IMG/VR virus record: IMGVR_UViG_3300037440_000410
Source of the DNA: an uncultured virus (IMG/VR IMGVR_UViG_3300037440_000410)
Lineage: Duplodnaviria; Heunggongvirae; Uroviricota; Caudoviricetes
Length of the DNA stretch: 64,000 bases
Strand: one strand, 5' to 3'
The notes beneath the pieces are model-generated. The model was not told where the DNA came from and searched no databases. It saw only the letters and a program-made list of their open reading frames with translations. The first letter of the stretch is position 1. Each line of letters opens with the position of its first letter. Of this stretch, positions 46,681-55,025 are shown in pieces. The position numbers and the translations under genes were made by a program.

Positions 46681-47079
46681 CTACGCCGCGGTCGCGGGTA
46701 GGGGTGTAGCGGCGATCGGTTCCTCGCGCACGTCACGGATCCACGAGATCCCGCAGCCCAGGCACAGTTCGTGCGGATCGTCGTACACCAACGCGGTACC
46801 CAGGCAGAGCGGGCACTTCGCGCGGGTGCGGACCCGGCGTAGCTGGTTGCGCTGATAGGTGGTCGTGCCACCCCAATACCCTTCCGCTCCATGGAGCCTG
46901 GCCCAGGCGAGACAGGTCGTGCGGACAGGGCAGGTACGGCACCACTGCTGTGCGACGTTCACGCCCTCCTCGGTCTCGGCATCAGGGACGAAGTCGAAGT
47001 CAGCGGTGGCGCAGGGCGCGCCGGTCTGCCATTCGGTGCCCTCAGCACTGACGGCGTCAAGGACGCGCTTCTCGATCAC
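46681..47079 (-). CDS. WhiB-family regulator with C-terminal zinc ribbon
   Basis: C...CRTCPVRTTC...GYWGG followed by CPLC...CLGC; start could be 47094. Confidence 0.85.
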   Translation of the reverse strand: MIEKRVLDAVSAEGTEWQTGAPCATADFDFVPDAETEEGVNVAQQWCRTCPVRTTCLAWARLHGAEGYWGGTTTYQRNQLRRVRTRAKCPLCLGTALVYDDPHELCLGCGISWIRDVREEPIAATPLPATAA

Positions 47080-47309
47080 AGCTTCCCCATCCATGCGGGA
47101 TCTCCACGCCCGGACCGTGTACAGACTGGGCAGATGCCGCGCCACATGCCCGGCCTGTCCGGATCGGGAATCGCGGAAGATTTTCCGTCGCGGTCCTTCC
47201 ACTCGTGGCCGCCGGACTCCCTGCCGCACAACGTGCACGGAAGCCAGAAGTACCCAAACGTGCCTGCGTACCAGCGGTGCAGGAACCGGGGCAACACACT
47301 GATCTTCAC
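47076..47309 (-). CDS. Small zinc-finger protein
   Basis: CTLC...CPVC; GAGGAG RBS; GTGA coupling. Confidence 0.6.
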   Translation of the reverse strand: MKISVLPRFLHRWYAGTFGYFWLPCTLCGRESGGHEWKDRDGKSSAIPDPDRPGMWRGICPVCTRSGRGDPAWMGKL

Positions 47310-47319
47310 GGCTCGCTCC

Positions 47320-47571
47320 TCAGGGGCATGGGGTGTTGTCGGCGACGGACCACACGATTGTGTCCGCGAGGCACTTCCTGATTCGGCCGGCCCGGTGGAG
47401 GCGTTGGCATGAGAGTTGGATGGTGGATCGGTCGAGGCCGGTTGCCTGGGCGAGGGCGCTTCGGGTGCCGGTGCCGTCGGCGATGAGTCGGTAGACGTGT
47501 TCGTCGCGGGCTGCGACTTCGGGGCTGCGGGGTCGTCCGGGGCGTCCTGTGTGGTGAGCGGTCTGCTGCAT
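47320..47571 (-). CDS. Winged-HTH DNA-binding protein
   Basis: GRPRSP...TRSALAQATGLDRSTIQLSCQRL. Confidence 0.7.
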   Translation of the reverse strand: MQQTAHHTGRPGRPRSPEVAARDEHVYRLIADGTGTRSALAQATGLDRSTIQLSCQRLHRAGRIRKCLADTIVWSVADNTPCP

Positions 47572-47720
47572 GCGCGTCTCGCATTCACTTGGCCGGTTTA
47601 CTGAATACCATTATGCAGAGGGGTGCAAGTCAGCCACTGGCCGGAATGTGCCACACGGGCATTGTGTGACACTCCAGTTCGAACGGCCCACACCACCAGG
47701 GCCCGCACCACGGAGGCCCC

Positions 47721-48002
47721 ATGGACCTGCTCATCTACCTCGGCGCCGGAGCTGCCGCACTCATCGCCATCGGCGCACTCGCCCGAGGCATCTGGCGCAT
47801 CAACCGCCGCATCGTCGTCATCGTCAACGCAGTCAAAGAACTCGCCCCCAACGGCGGCCGCTCCATCAAAGACACCGTGACGCGCACCGAACGAAAACTC
47901 GACGAAACCGCCTGCAAAGTCGATGCGACCACCGAAGGACTGCGCCAGTTGAGAGAGCAGTTTGATGCGCACATCGCCGACGGTTCCGGGGGCGGGAACT
48001 GA
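47721..48002 (+). CDS. Single-TM protein with coiled coil (possible lysis accessory)
   Basis: GGAGG RBS; N-terminal TM; PNGGRSIKD motif. Confidence 0.65.
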   Translation: MDLLIYLGAGAAALIAIGALARGIWRINRRIVVIVNAVKELAPNGGRSIKDTVTRTERKLDETACKVDATTEGLRQLREQFDAHIADGSGGGN

Positions 48003-48015
48003 CGGCACGTGTAGC

Positions 48016-49443
48016 TCACTGCGGTCCGGACTCGATCGTCACTGCGCTCGCCGGAACCCAGTAGCCGGTGAGTCCGCCGGCGGTGATCTGGAACATGGGC
48101 CTGCCGTTGACGATGGCCCGCCGGTCCGCCGGAGCATTCGACGGGCTCGCGAACGACACGGTCTTCACACTGGTCACGGTGCCGTCCGCCGCCACCTTGT
48201 ACGTATCGACCGGGACGCTGCCGCCGGGGAATGTCACCGTGCGGTCCGGCCGGTAGAGGGTGGCGAGGTGTATGCCGCGCAGGTAGGCCCGCGACCAGGA
48301 CTCGCCGACCCACCAGCCGGTGTAGGCGCCGGCGCTGATGAGGTAGTAGATGCCGCGGTCCTGGATGCGGCGCCGCATGCTCGCGGGCGCGGCCGTGTCC
48401 TGCGAGAACGTGACGGTCTTCTGCTCGAGGAGCGCATCCACCTTGGGCGCCGCCCAGGCGCCGTTGGCCGCGGTGTCGAACCGGTACAGGGTGTGGCTGC
48501 CGGACTCGAACGTGATCGTGCCGGACACGCCGGGCGCCGGGTAGTCGTCGACGAGCCGGTCCGTGTGGTCGGCGAAGTCGGGGCTGCCGGTCTGCCAGTG
48601 CAACTGGCGGAACAGGTTGATGTGGTGCTGGTGGTAGGTGGGGGCCGGGATCCGGTGCGTCTGGCAGTAGAAGGAGTGCCAGCGCACGTTCCGCAGCAGC
48701 GGGAAGTAGCGGGCGATCGTTGTCGCGCACCCGTCGTACAGGTCGGCTGCCGTCTGGCTGCCGGTGGCGCACGCGTAGTCGTACAGCCCGAACATGGCGA
48801 AGATCATGCCGTTGTACGTGTAGTCCCCGGTGCCGGTCTGGGCGCCGGGGTACTCCTGGATCCACACGTAGCCCGTGTCGTTGACGTTCACAGCCCACGG
48901 GTAGCCGTCGTCGATGACCTGTAGTGACGCAAACGCTGCGTCTGCCGCAGCGAGATACGTGGCCCGCTCCTCGTCGCAGACGTCGTCCAGCTCGGCCAGC
49001 TGCACGAACAGGGAGAGCACTTCGCCCTGCGCCATGCCGGAGTACCAGGGCGCCGTGTAGTCGACTCCGCTGTGGACGGTGTGGGTGAAGTCGAAGCCGT
49101 AGCCGAACCACCAGGCGCCGCGGTTCTCGGTGTGCCGGTCGATGAGCCGCTCCGCCTGCGCGCGGGCCCGCGTGAGGAAGAGCGTCTTGCGGGCGGGGTC
49201 GGTTTCGGTGCGGTAGCTGGCGATGCAGCCCAACCCGAACTGGGCCTGCCCGACCGGATGGTCGAAACCGACGGTCCCGCCGTCGGGGTAGTACAGGTAC
49301 TCGCCCGCTGCGTTGAGGTGATACGGGCCGGTCGTGGGCGACACGTTCGCCCAGGCGGTGGGCCGGTCACGCCAGGGCCGCATGCTGTCGGGGAGGTCGG
49401 TGGCGAGCTGGTAGCCGGTTTGGTTGTACAGGGGGAGTGCCAT
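48016..49443 (-). CDS. D-glucuronyl C5-epimerase-like protein with two C-terminal repeats
   Basis: APWYSGMAQG, WIQEYP, YNGMIFAMFGLYDY, YHQHH motifs. Confidence 0.75.
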   Translation of the reverse strand: MALPLYNQTGYQLATDLPDSMRPWRDRPTAWANVSPTTGPYHLNAAGEYLYYPDGGTVGFDHPVGQAQFGLGCIASYRTETDPARKTLFLTRARAQAERLIDRHTENRGAWWFGYGFDFTHTVHSGVDYTAPWYSGMAQGEVLSLFVQLAELDDVCDEERATYLAAADAAFASLQVIDDGYPWAVNVNDTGYVWIQEYPGAQTGTGDYTYNGMIFAMFGLYDYACATGSQTAADLYDGCATTIARYFPLLRNVRWHSFYCQTHRIPAPTYHQHHINLFRQLHWQTGSPDFADHTDRLVDDYPAPGVSGTITFESGSHTLYRFDTAANGAWAAPKVDALLEQKTVTFSQDTAAPASMRRRIQDRGIYYLISAGAYTGWWVGESWSRAYLRGIHLATLYRPDRTVTFPGGSVPVDTYKVAADGTVTSVKTVSFASPSNAPADRRAIVNGRPMFQITAGGLTGYWVPASAVTIESGPQ

Positions 49444-49587
49444 ACCGCCAGTGTGTACGAAACGGCAAAGTCGGCGTGGACCATGCACCGATATGGACAA
49501 GGCGACGGGACCTGGACGGCACTACGCCGCGACACCCATCTCCGCCCGCCGCGCCTCCCGGCTCCCCACGGGAGGCACGCGGCTGCC

Positions 49588-50322
49588 CTACTCAGGCAAG
49601 AATCGGTTGATCGTGGACCGGGACACACTGGTGATCTGCTGTACCTGCGTCCGCTTCACGCTCGCCTTCTGTACGGCCCAGGTGATCAGCGGGTCACGCA
49701 GGTCTCGGGCTACGGCCCACGCGGCGAGCAGCTCCCGGGCCATCACCTGCGCGGTGCTGACTCCGCTGACGCCGTACAAGGCCGGCTGCTCCCATGCGGG
49801 ATGGATCGGGTGTGCCGTCACGTCCGGGGCCGCGGCGAGCAGGGCCAGGAGACGTGCAGCCAGCTCGGTGCGCCAGCGCGCAGTGACGAGCCGGGCCAGC
49901 GGCAGCCCCGCCCACTCAAGGGCGTCGCTGCGCTTGGCCTGGGACACCTCGTCTTCGGTGGCGAGGGCGAGGAGGTCGTCGCGGACGTAGTCCTCTGGCG
50001 GCCACCCGTTGGCGTCGGCCTCCATGGCCGCCGCGGTCAGCGTGACCAGGCGTGTCATCTGCGCACGCGCGTCAGCTACCGCGGCCAGCCTCACCAGGGC
50101 CTGACCCCAGGGCTCGATCTCCTCGGCGACGGCGCGGGCCCGGTCGTTGGCCTGCGACTGGGGCACTTCCAGCTTGCAGAGGGCGAGCGGCCGGGTGCCG
50201 TCCATGAGGTCGAGGAGGACGCCGTGTGCCTGCCAGGTGCCGTGGTCCTCGGCCCACTTCTGCATGCCGGTGTGCTGGATGACGTAGAGGCCGGTATCGC
50301 GGGCCTCGGTGGTGATGTCCAT
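49588..50322 (-). CDS. Hypothetical protein with C-terminal HTH
   Basis: KRTQVQQITSVSRSTINRFL. Confidence 0.65.
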   Translation of the reverse strand: MDITTEARDTGLYVIQHTGMQKWAEDHGTWQAHGVLLDLMDGTRPLALCKLEVPQSQANDRARAVAEEIEPWGQALVRLAAVADARAQMTRLVTLTAAAMEADANGWPPEDYVRDDLLALATEDEVSQAKRSDALEWAGLPLARLVTARWRTELAARLLALLAAAPDVTAHPIHPAWEQPALYGVSGVSTAQVMARELLAAWAVARDLRDPLITWAVQKASVKRTQVQQITSVSRSTINRFLPE

Positions 50323-50345
50323 GGCGGGCTTCTTCCTGGTTGTGG

Positions 50346-50840
50346 TCAGGCGGAGAGCTGGGCGTGGATCTGCTCGGCCAGGTCGAGGACGTCGGAGACG
50401 GTGACCTGCGGGACCTCGCCGCGATAGGTGGTGCGGAACTGGCCGGCGTTGCGGGCGTTGGGCTCCTGGTCCCAGCCCTCGTCGGGGGTGTCGCAGATGA
50501 CGATGCTGACCCTGTCGAGGACGGTGGCGGCGTGGGCGCGGTCGCCAGCGTCCGGGATGCGGTCCAGCTTGTCGGCCAGGAGTGCGGACAGGATGGTGAC
50601 GCGGGTGATGGTCTCGCCGGAGGGGCGGGTGCGGGTCTTGATGGTGGCGGTGGAGAGGTCGAGCACGGCGGCCTTCTTCCTGGAGCGCATGGCACCGATG
50701 GTGAGGCGGTGAGCGAGGGAGGCGGTGTCGATGATCCAGCGGCCGGCCTGCTTGACGGCGGCGATGATGCCGCGGCGGCACCAGGTGCGGATGGTGGCGG
50801 TGGTGACGTTGGCCTGGATGGCTGCGGCGGTGGTGTTCAT
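50346..50840 (-). CDS. MerR/excisionase-type HTH protein
   Basis: TTAAAIQANVTTATIRTWCRRGII...GRWII; GGGGA RBS. Confidence 0.75.
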   Translation of the reverse strand: MNTTAAAIQANVTTATIRTWCRRGIIAAVKQAGRWIIDTASLAHRLTIGAMRSRKKAAVLDLSTATIKTRTRPSGETITRVTILSALLADKLDRIPDAGDRAHAATVLDRVSIVICDTPDEGWDQEPNARNAGQFRTTYRGEVPQVTVSDVLDLAEQIHAQLSA

Positions 50841-51062
50841 CGGATCCCCCTGTATCGAATAGTTCGACTCTAGCGTATCGAACGATACGAAGGCAAGGGG
50901 GTAGGGCATGCCACCTTGCCACCAGCGGCAAAGCAATAAATACCGGCAGCTCAAGACCACCTGCCGCTCCCCGCAGACCGGCCACCACCCACGGAAACCC
51001 ACACGGCCCCGCCCCCACACAGGGGCGGGTCCGCTTCGTCATGTCCGGGGTCAGGCAACGAG

Positions 51063-51113
51063 CAACTATGGCCCCCCTGCCATTGACAACCTATGGTGGG
51101 GATGCCATAGTTG
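51063..51113 (+). promoter_or_regulatory. Sigma70-type promoter bracketed by an operator inverted repeat
   Basis: TTGACA(51083)-N17-CATAGT; CAACTATGGC(51063)/GCCATAGTTG(51104). Confidence 0.65.
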
Positions 51114-51157
51114 TCCTATCGGAGGGCGAGGCGCCCTCCCGAACCAAGGGGGACCCC

Positions 51158-51670
51158 ATGCGACCGATCACCGGCACCGACATCATCGACTTCTACAACA
51201 CCCGCTACGACCTGCTGATCCTCACCGCCGAAGGCGAGTTCGATCACATCGACTACAGCAACGTCGAGAGCAGCCCCTACGAGGACAACCGCGCGACCGC
51301 CTACGACTACGTGACCCTCGACAACGACACCGAAGTGCAGGTCCTGCTGGAGCGGTCGGCCATCGACGAGGGCGAATGGTTCCCCGACGCCCTGAGCGAC
51401 GACGGCGACCTGACCCCCCGCGCCGCCGACGAGATGGCCGCCATCATCAACATGGACGGGATCCTTCCCAGCCGCGCGACGAAGGCAGTCGAGGCGAGCA
51501 AGCAGTGGAAAGCCGCCGAGCAGGAGACCAACCGACTGGCCATCGAGAGGGCGAAGGCCGTGGCCGAGGTCGTGGCGTACTGCGGGGGCAACCAGTCGCG
51601 GGCTGCGGGCGCCTTGGGGCTGGATCAGTCCACGGTGAACAAGCTGGTGAAGAAGGTCAAGTCCGCCTGA
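51158..51670 (+). CDS. Acidic protein with C-terminal HTH
   Basis: GNQSRAAGALGLDQSTVNKLV; AAGGGGG RBS. Confidence 0.75.
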   Translation: MRPITGTDIIDFYNTRYDLLILTAEGEFDHIDYSNVESSPYEDNRATAYDYVTLDNDTEVQVLLERSAIDEGEWFPDALSDDGDLTPRAADEMAAIINMDGILPSRATKAVEASKQWKAAEQETNRLAIERAKAVAEVVAYCGGNQSRAAGALGLDQSTVNKLVKKVKSA

Positions 51671-51712
51671 TGCCACGCCCTGAGCCCCGCCATCGTGCGG
51701 GGCTTCGGCACG

Positions 51713-51901
51713 TCACGCCGCGTCGGCGACCGCAGCCTCAGCCCGTACCGCCGCCGCCCACTCCACCACCAACGCCGCATACACCGCCCGCTCCCCGGCC
51801 GTCGACGGCCTGCCACCCGCCCGCAGCCAAAGGGCACGAATCTCGGCGTTCACGCAGGCAGCAGACCGCACGGAACCACAGACGGGAATGGAGGGGGGCA
51901 T
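51713..51901 (-). CDS. Small hypothetical protein
   Basis: RSAACVNAEIRALW...LVVEWAAAV helical peptide downstream of int. Confidence 0.5.
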   Translation of the reverse strand: MPPSIPVCGSVRSAACVNAEIRALWLRAGGRPSTAGERAVYAALVVEWAAAVRAEAAVADAA

Positions 51902-51919
51902 GCAGACATCCTACGGCGA

Positions 51920-52813
51920 TCAAAGATCACCCAAATTCAGCCCCCGCGCCTCATCAGCAGCACGCTTCGCCGCAGTCGCCCGCGTATACCGATCAATCAT
52001 GTCCCGCCGCGACCACCCAGCCACCGCCATCAACCCCCCCTCCGACCCACCCCGCTGAAGCCACCTCCCAGCCGCCGTATGCCGCAGAACATGCGGATGA
52101 AAATCAGGGATGCCAGCCAGGAAAGCGCGCCGCACGAGACTGTCGTACAGGCCCGAATAGCCGATGGTCTTACCCCGGTCCCCGAGCCACAGATCCGGAG
52201 TGGAAGCAAGCCGGTGGGCCCGACGCAGACGCAGGTACCGGTCGACCGCACGACACGTCTGCGGGCCGACCGGAATGGTGCGCCCCTTTCCTCCCTTGCC
52301 GCGGCGCACGATCGCGGTGCCGGCGGACAAGTCGATGTCGTCGGTCGCCATCGCGACGACTTCGCCGATCCTCGCCCCCGTCTCCAGCATCAGGCGGATG
52401 ATCGCTTCGTCGCGGCGTTCCCAGAAGTCTTTGCCGGCGCACGCCTTGATCAACGCGCGGAGCTGGTCGTCGGATAGTTCAGGGATAATTTTGCTATCAA
52501 GCTTGGGCGGTTTCAGGCCCACCAGCGAGTCGCTGTCGAGTTCTCCCTCCTCGGTCAGCCATGCGGAGAACCGGCGCAGGGACAACTGCCGGGAGCGGGC
52601 TGTGGCAGCCTCTGCGCCCTCGTCGAGGAGGTCGGCGATGAAGGCGTTCACTACGGCTCGTGTGAGGTCAGGGGCGCGGTCGGTGCGCTCGCACCAGGCG
52701 ATGAAGCGTTTGATGCCGTCGGTGTACGTCTTCACGGTCTGCGGGCTTTTGCGTTCGGCGCGTAGGTGGAGGGTCCAGGAGTCGAGGAGGCCGCGCATGT
52801 CGTCGGTGGTCAT
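51920..52813 (-). CDS. int: Tyrosine integrase
   Basis: Catalytic R (TGARIGE), K (RRGKGGK), HVLRHT, GW and Y (IDRY). Confidence 0.93.
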   Translation of the reverse strand: MTTDDMRGLLDSWTLHLRAERKSPQTVKTYTDGIKRFIAWCERTDRAPDLTRAVVNAFIADLLDEGAEAATARSRQLSLRRFSAWLTEEGELDSDSLVGLKPPKLDSKIIPELSDDQLRALIKACAGKDFWERRDEAIIRLMLETGARIGEVVAMATDDIDLSAGTAIVRRGKGGKGRTIPVGPQTCRAVDRYLRLRRAHRLASTPDLWLGDRGKTIGYSGLYDSLVRRAFLAGIPDFHPHVLRHTAAGRWLQRGGSEGGLMAVAGWSRRDMIDRYTRATAAKRAADEARGLNLGDL

Positions 52814-52877
52814 GGCCGCCCCCTGCGCATGATCTTCCGTGTGGTATTTCCACTGGGAGCGCCATGCTTCGGACAGC

Positions 52878-52918
52878 AAAGCGCCCCCGACCGTGTTTGT
52901 AAAGGTCAGGGGCACTTT
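52878..52918 (-). terminator. Stem-loop immediately downstream of the att core
   Basis: On the minus strand AAAGTGCCCCTGACC pairs with GGTCGGGGGCGCTTT: 15-bp stem with two G-U pairs, 11-nt loop. Confidence 0.75.
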
Positions 52919-52930
52919 CCGTGCTGCTGA

Positions 52931-52950
52931 TCAGTCGAGGTAGTCGCGCA
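52931..52950 (-). other. attP core matching the 3' end of hrdB/sigA
   Basis: Minus strand TG CGC GAC TAC CTC GAC TGA encodes (L)RDYLD-stop, the C-terminus of actinobacterial principal sigma factors; non-coding here and next to int. Confidence 0.75.
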
Positions 52951-52992
52951 CTACACCTCTCCCAACGCCATGCTTTACCTGGGAAGACGAGG

Positions 52993-53235
52993 TCACACGC
53001 TACCGCCATGCTTTGCAATACCCTCGACTGAACTCATCCGTAGATCATCCGCCGTACACACCTCCAGCACGTCCGGGCAGCCATCGGCAATCAGTCCGAT
53101 CACTCGGACCGCGTCTGCCTCGCTGATCTGCGCCGGGTCGTACGACGCGTACAGGCCGCAGTCGCCGGGGTGAAGCGCGACAGCTGTGCCGGGCGTATGT
53201 TCGCGCGCCTCAAGGCTGAGTGTCAGCGCGCCCAT
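52993..53235 (-). CDS. Hypothetical protein in the immunity operon
   Basis: AAGGGGG RBS. Confidence 0.55.
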   Translation of the reverse strand: MGALTLSLEAREHTPGTAVALHPGDCGLYASYDPAQISEADAVRVIGLIADGCPDVLEVCTADDLRMSSVEGIAKHGGSV

Positions 53236-53397
53236 TTGTCCCCCTTGTCTCGTGTGTGCTGGCCGCACAACGTCCGAAAGGACCGCACGCACGTCCGTCG
53301 TCGAGCCAGAAACTGTACGCCGCACCGTCCGCAACAGAACCCGCAATGCATAAATGCATGCCCTTTCAACACGTATCGGCTGTATGTAAACAAACGG

Positions 53398-53766
53398 TCA
53401 GCGCGAGTCGCCCTCCCCATCATCCCGCGCGCGCTCGGCCTGCCGCTGCACCGCATCCTCGTCCGGAGCACTGGTCCCGGGCGCCGTGAGCGCGATCCCT
53501 TCGCCGGTCTGGGTGACGACCAGGCCGAGGAACTGGTAAGCCGCCGCGGCCTGTACCGGGGCGACAGGGAGGCGTAGGCCGGCGGCGATGGCCCGGATGA
53601 GGGGCGGGTCGATGTGTACGGTCTTGCCGTTGGCGATCTTCCATAGGACTCCTCTGCTGGGCCGGTATCCGGTGCGTTCGTCGATGGCCTGCTCTTCGAA
53701 CTTGGCGTAGGTGAGTGGCCTGCCTGCGCCGACGCGTTCGGCGACGAGGTCGGTGAGGGTCTGCAT
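53398..53766 (-). CDS. Putative immunity repressor (XRE-like HTH)
   Basis: TYAKFEEQAID...PSRGVLWKIANGK...RAIAAGL; divergent from the Cro-like gene; GAGG RBS. Confidence 0.7.
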   Translation of the reverse strand: MQTLTDLVAERVGAGRPLTYAKFEEQAIDERTGYRPSRGVLWKIANGKTVHIDPPLIRAIAAGLRLPVAPVQAAAAYQFLGLVVTQTGEGIALTAPGTSAPDEDAVQRQAERARDDGEGDSR

Positions 53767-54007
53767 GGTGGTGTCCTCGCTTGTGGGGGGTTGGCGGGTT
53801 GATCGGCATAGGGGGCGAACCTGCGCCCGAGTCAGCGTCATTGTCCACGTTCAAGAACACTCACGCGCCCTGGGCCTCGAATGTTCAAGCCGAACGTTAC
53901 GGAAAACGGGGACAGCATCGGGTGATTCCCGCACAGCACTGGACAGCAGAGCAACGCCATGCTTAGCTTGTTCATGTTCACGAACGTGGACGCCACGGGA
54001 GGAACTG

Positions 54008-54289
54008 GTGCCCGACACCGAACCCATCTACCGCCTCACAAACGCCCCACTCCTGAAACGGCTCATGCGAGGCCCGACCGAAAACGGCCGCCGCCACACA
54101 GCGCGCAGCCTCGCCGACGCCACCGGCATCAGCAAAAGCAAAATCTGGCACATGATCCACGGACGACAGCCCAAGCTCCCCCGGAGCAAAATGCACGCCG
54201 TCCTCAACGAAGTCGACGCCGAACAGGGCTGGCTTTTCACACCCATCACATACACGTTCAAGAACGCGAACACGGAGGACGAGAGATGA
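54008..54289 (+). CDS. Cro-like HTH
   Basis: TARSLADATGISKSKIWHMIHG; GGAGG RBS. Confidence 0.75.
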   Translation: MPDTEPIYRLTNAPLLKRLMRGPTENGRRHTARSLADATGISKSKIWHMIHGRQPKLPRSKMHAVLNEVDAEQGWLFTPITYTFKNANTEDER

Positions 54290-54543
54290 ACGCCGAGGAA
54301 CGCCGGCTCCGCGCCCAGCTCGGCGCGGAGATGAGCTGGGCGAAAACCCCCGACCGCACCGCCCGCACCGCACCCGGCAGCCGCGCCGCCGAAGCCCGCT
54401 TCGAGACGCAGGCCCGCGAGATGCACCCGGACGCCGGCGACGAGTTCATTGCGAAGGTCGCCGAGAACCTGCGGCGGGCGCACTTCAGGCGCATGGGGCT
54501 GGAGTCGGCGCGTAAGCGCCGGGAGCGCATGTCGGCCGCCTGA
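54286..54543 (+). CDS. Conserved actinophage early protein
   Basis: SWAKTPDRTARTAP motif; ATGA coupling. Confidence 0.7.
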   Translation: MNAEERRLRAQLGAEMSWAKTPDRTARTAPGSRAAEARFETQAREMHPDAGDEFIAKVAENLRRAHFRRMGLESARKRRERMSAA

Positions 54544-54623
54544 CCAAAAGAAGCGGGGCCGCCCCGGACACGACCCGGATGCGACCCCAGACCCACTGAA
54601 GCACGAAGCAAGGAGTGGACCTC

Positions 54624-55025
54624 ATGAACAAGCCTACCGGCCTTCCCGGCACCAGCGTCCCTGTGATGACGCTGCCGAAGGCCCCCCTCCCGGACGCGGC
54701 GATGGCCCGCGCTCTGGCCAAGCAGAAGAACGCCCGCACAGTCGACTACCTGATCGACGGCGCGAACCTTCCGGCGCCGGTGCGGATTCCGCGGCCGGAG
54801 TCGGTGCACGTGATGGTCGCGGACGTCGACGACCTCGGCGAGTGGCTGCGGGAGCTGGGCGGCGAAATCCATGTCAGTCCGGAGTTTGAGGGTGTGGAGT
54901 TGTGGACGCTGCATGCGTCGACGGAGCCGCGTGAGGACGGCAGCAGCACCGCGGTGTTGGTGTCGGTGCCGGTCCCGTCGGGCGAGCTGGTCATGGAGTG
55001 GATCCGCGCGGCGGTGGCCCGATGA
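54624..55025 (+). CDS. Hypothetical protein
   Basis: AAGGAG RBS. Confidence 0.7.
   Translation: MNKPTGLPGTSVPVMTLPKAPLPDAAMARALAKQKNARTVDYLIDGANLPAPVRIPRPESVHVMVADVDDLGEWLRELGGEIHVSPEFEGVELWTLHASTEPREDGSSTAVLVSVPVPSGELVMEWIRAAVAR

Larger units (their letters stand above)
52860..53013 (+). repeat. CGCCATGCTT direct repeats flanking the att core (candidate arm/accessory sites)
   Basis: Exact copies at 52860, 52966 and 53004; a fourth at 53955. Confidence 0.7.

Noticed and set aside
52820..53000. tRNA gene or tRNA-derived att site near the integrase
   Set aside because: No cloverleaf or T-loop consensus seen; the hairpin is terminator-like and the core matches a protein-coding 3' end
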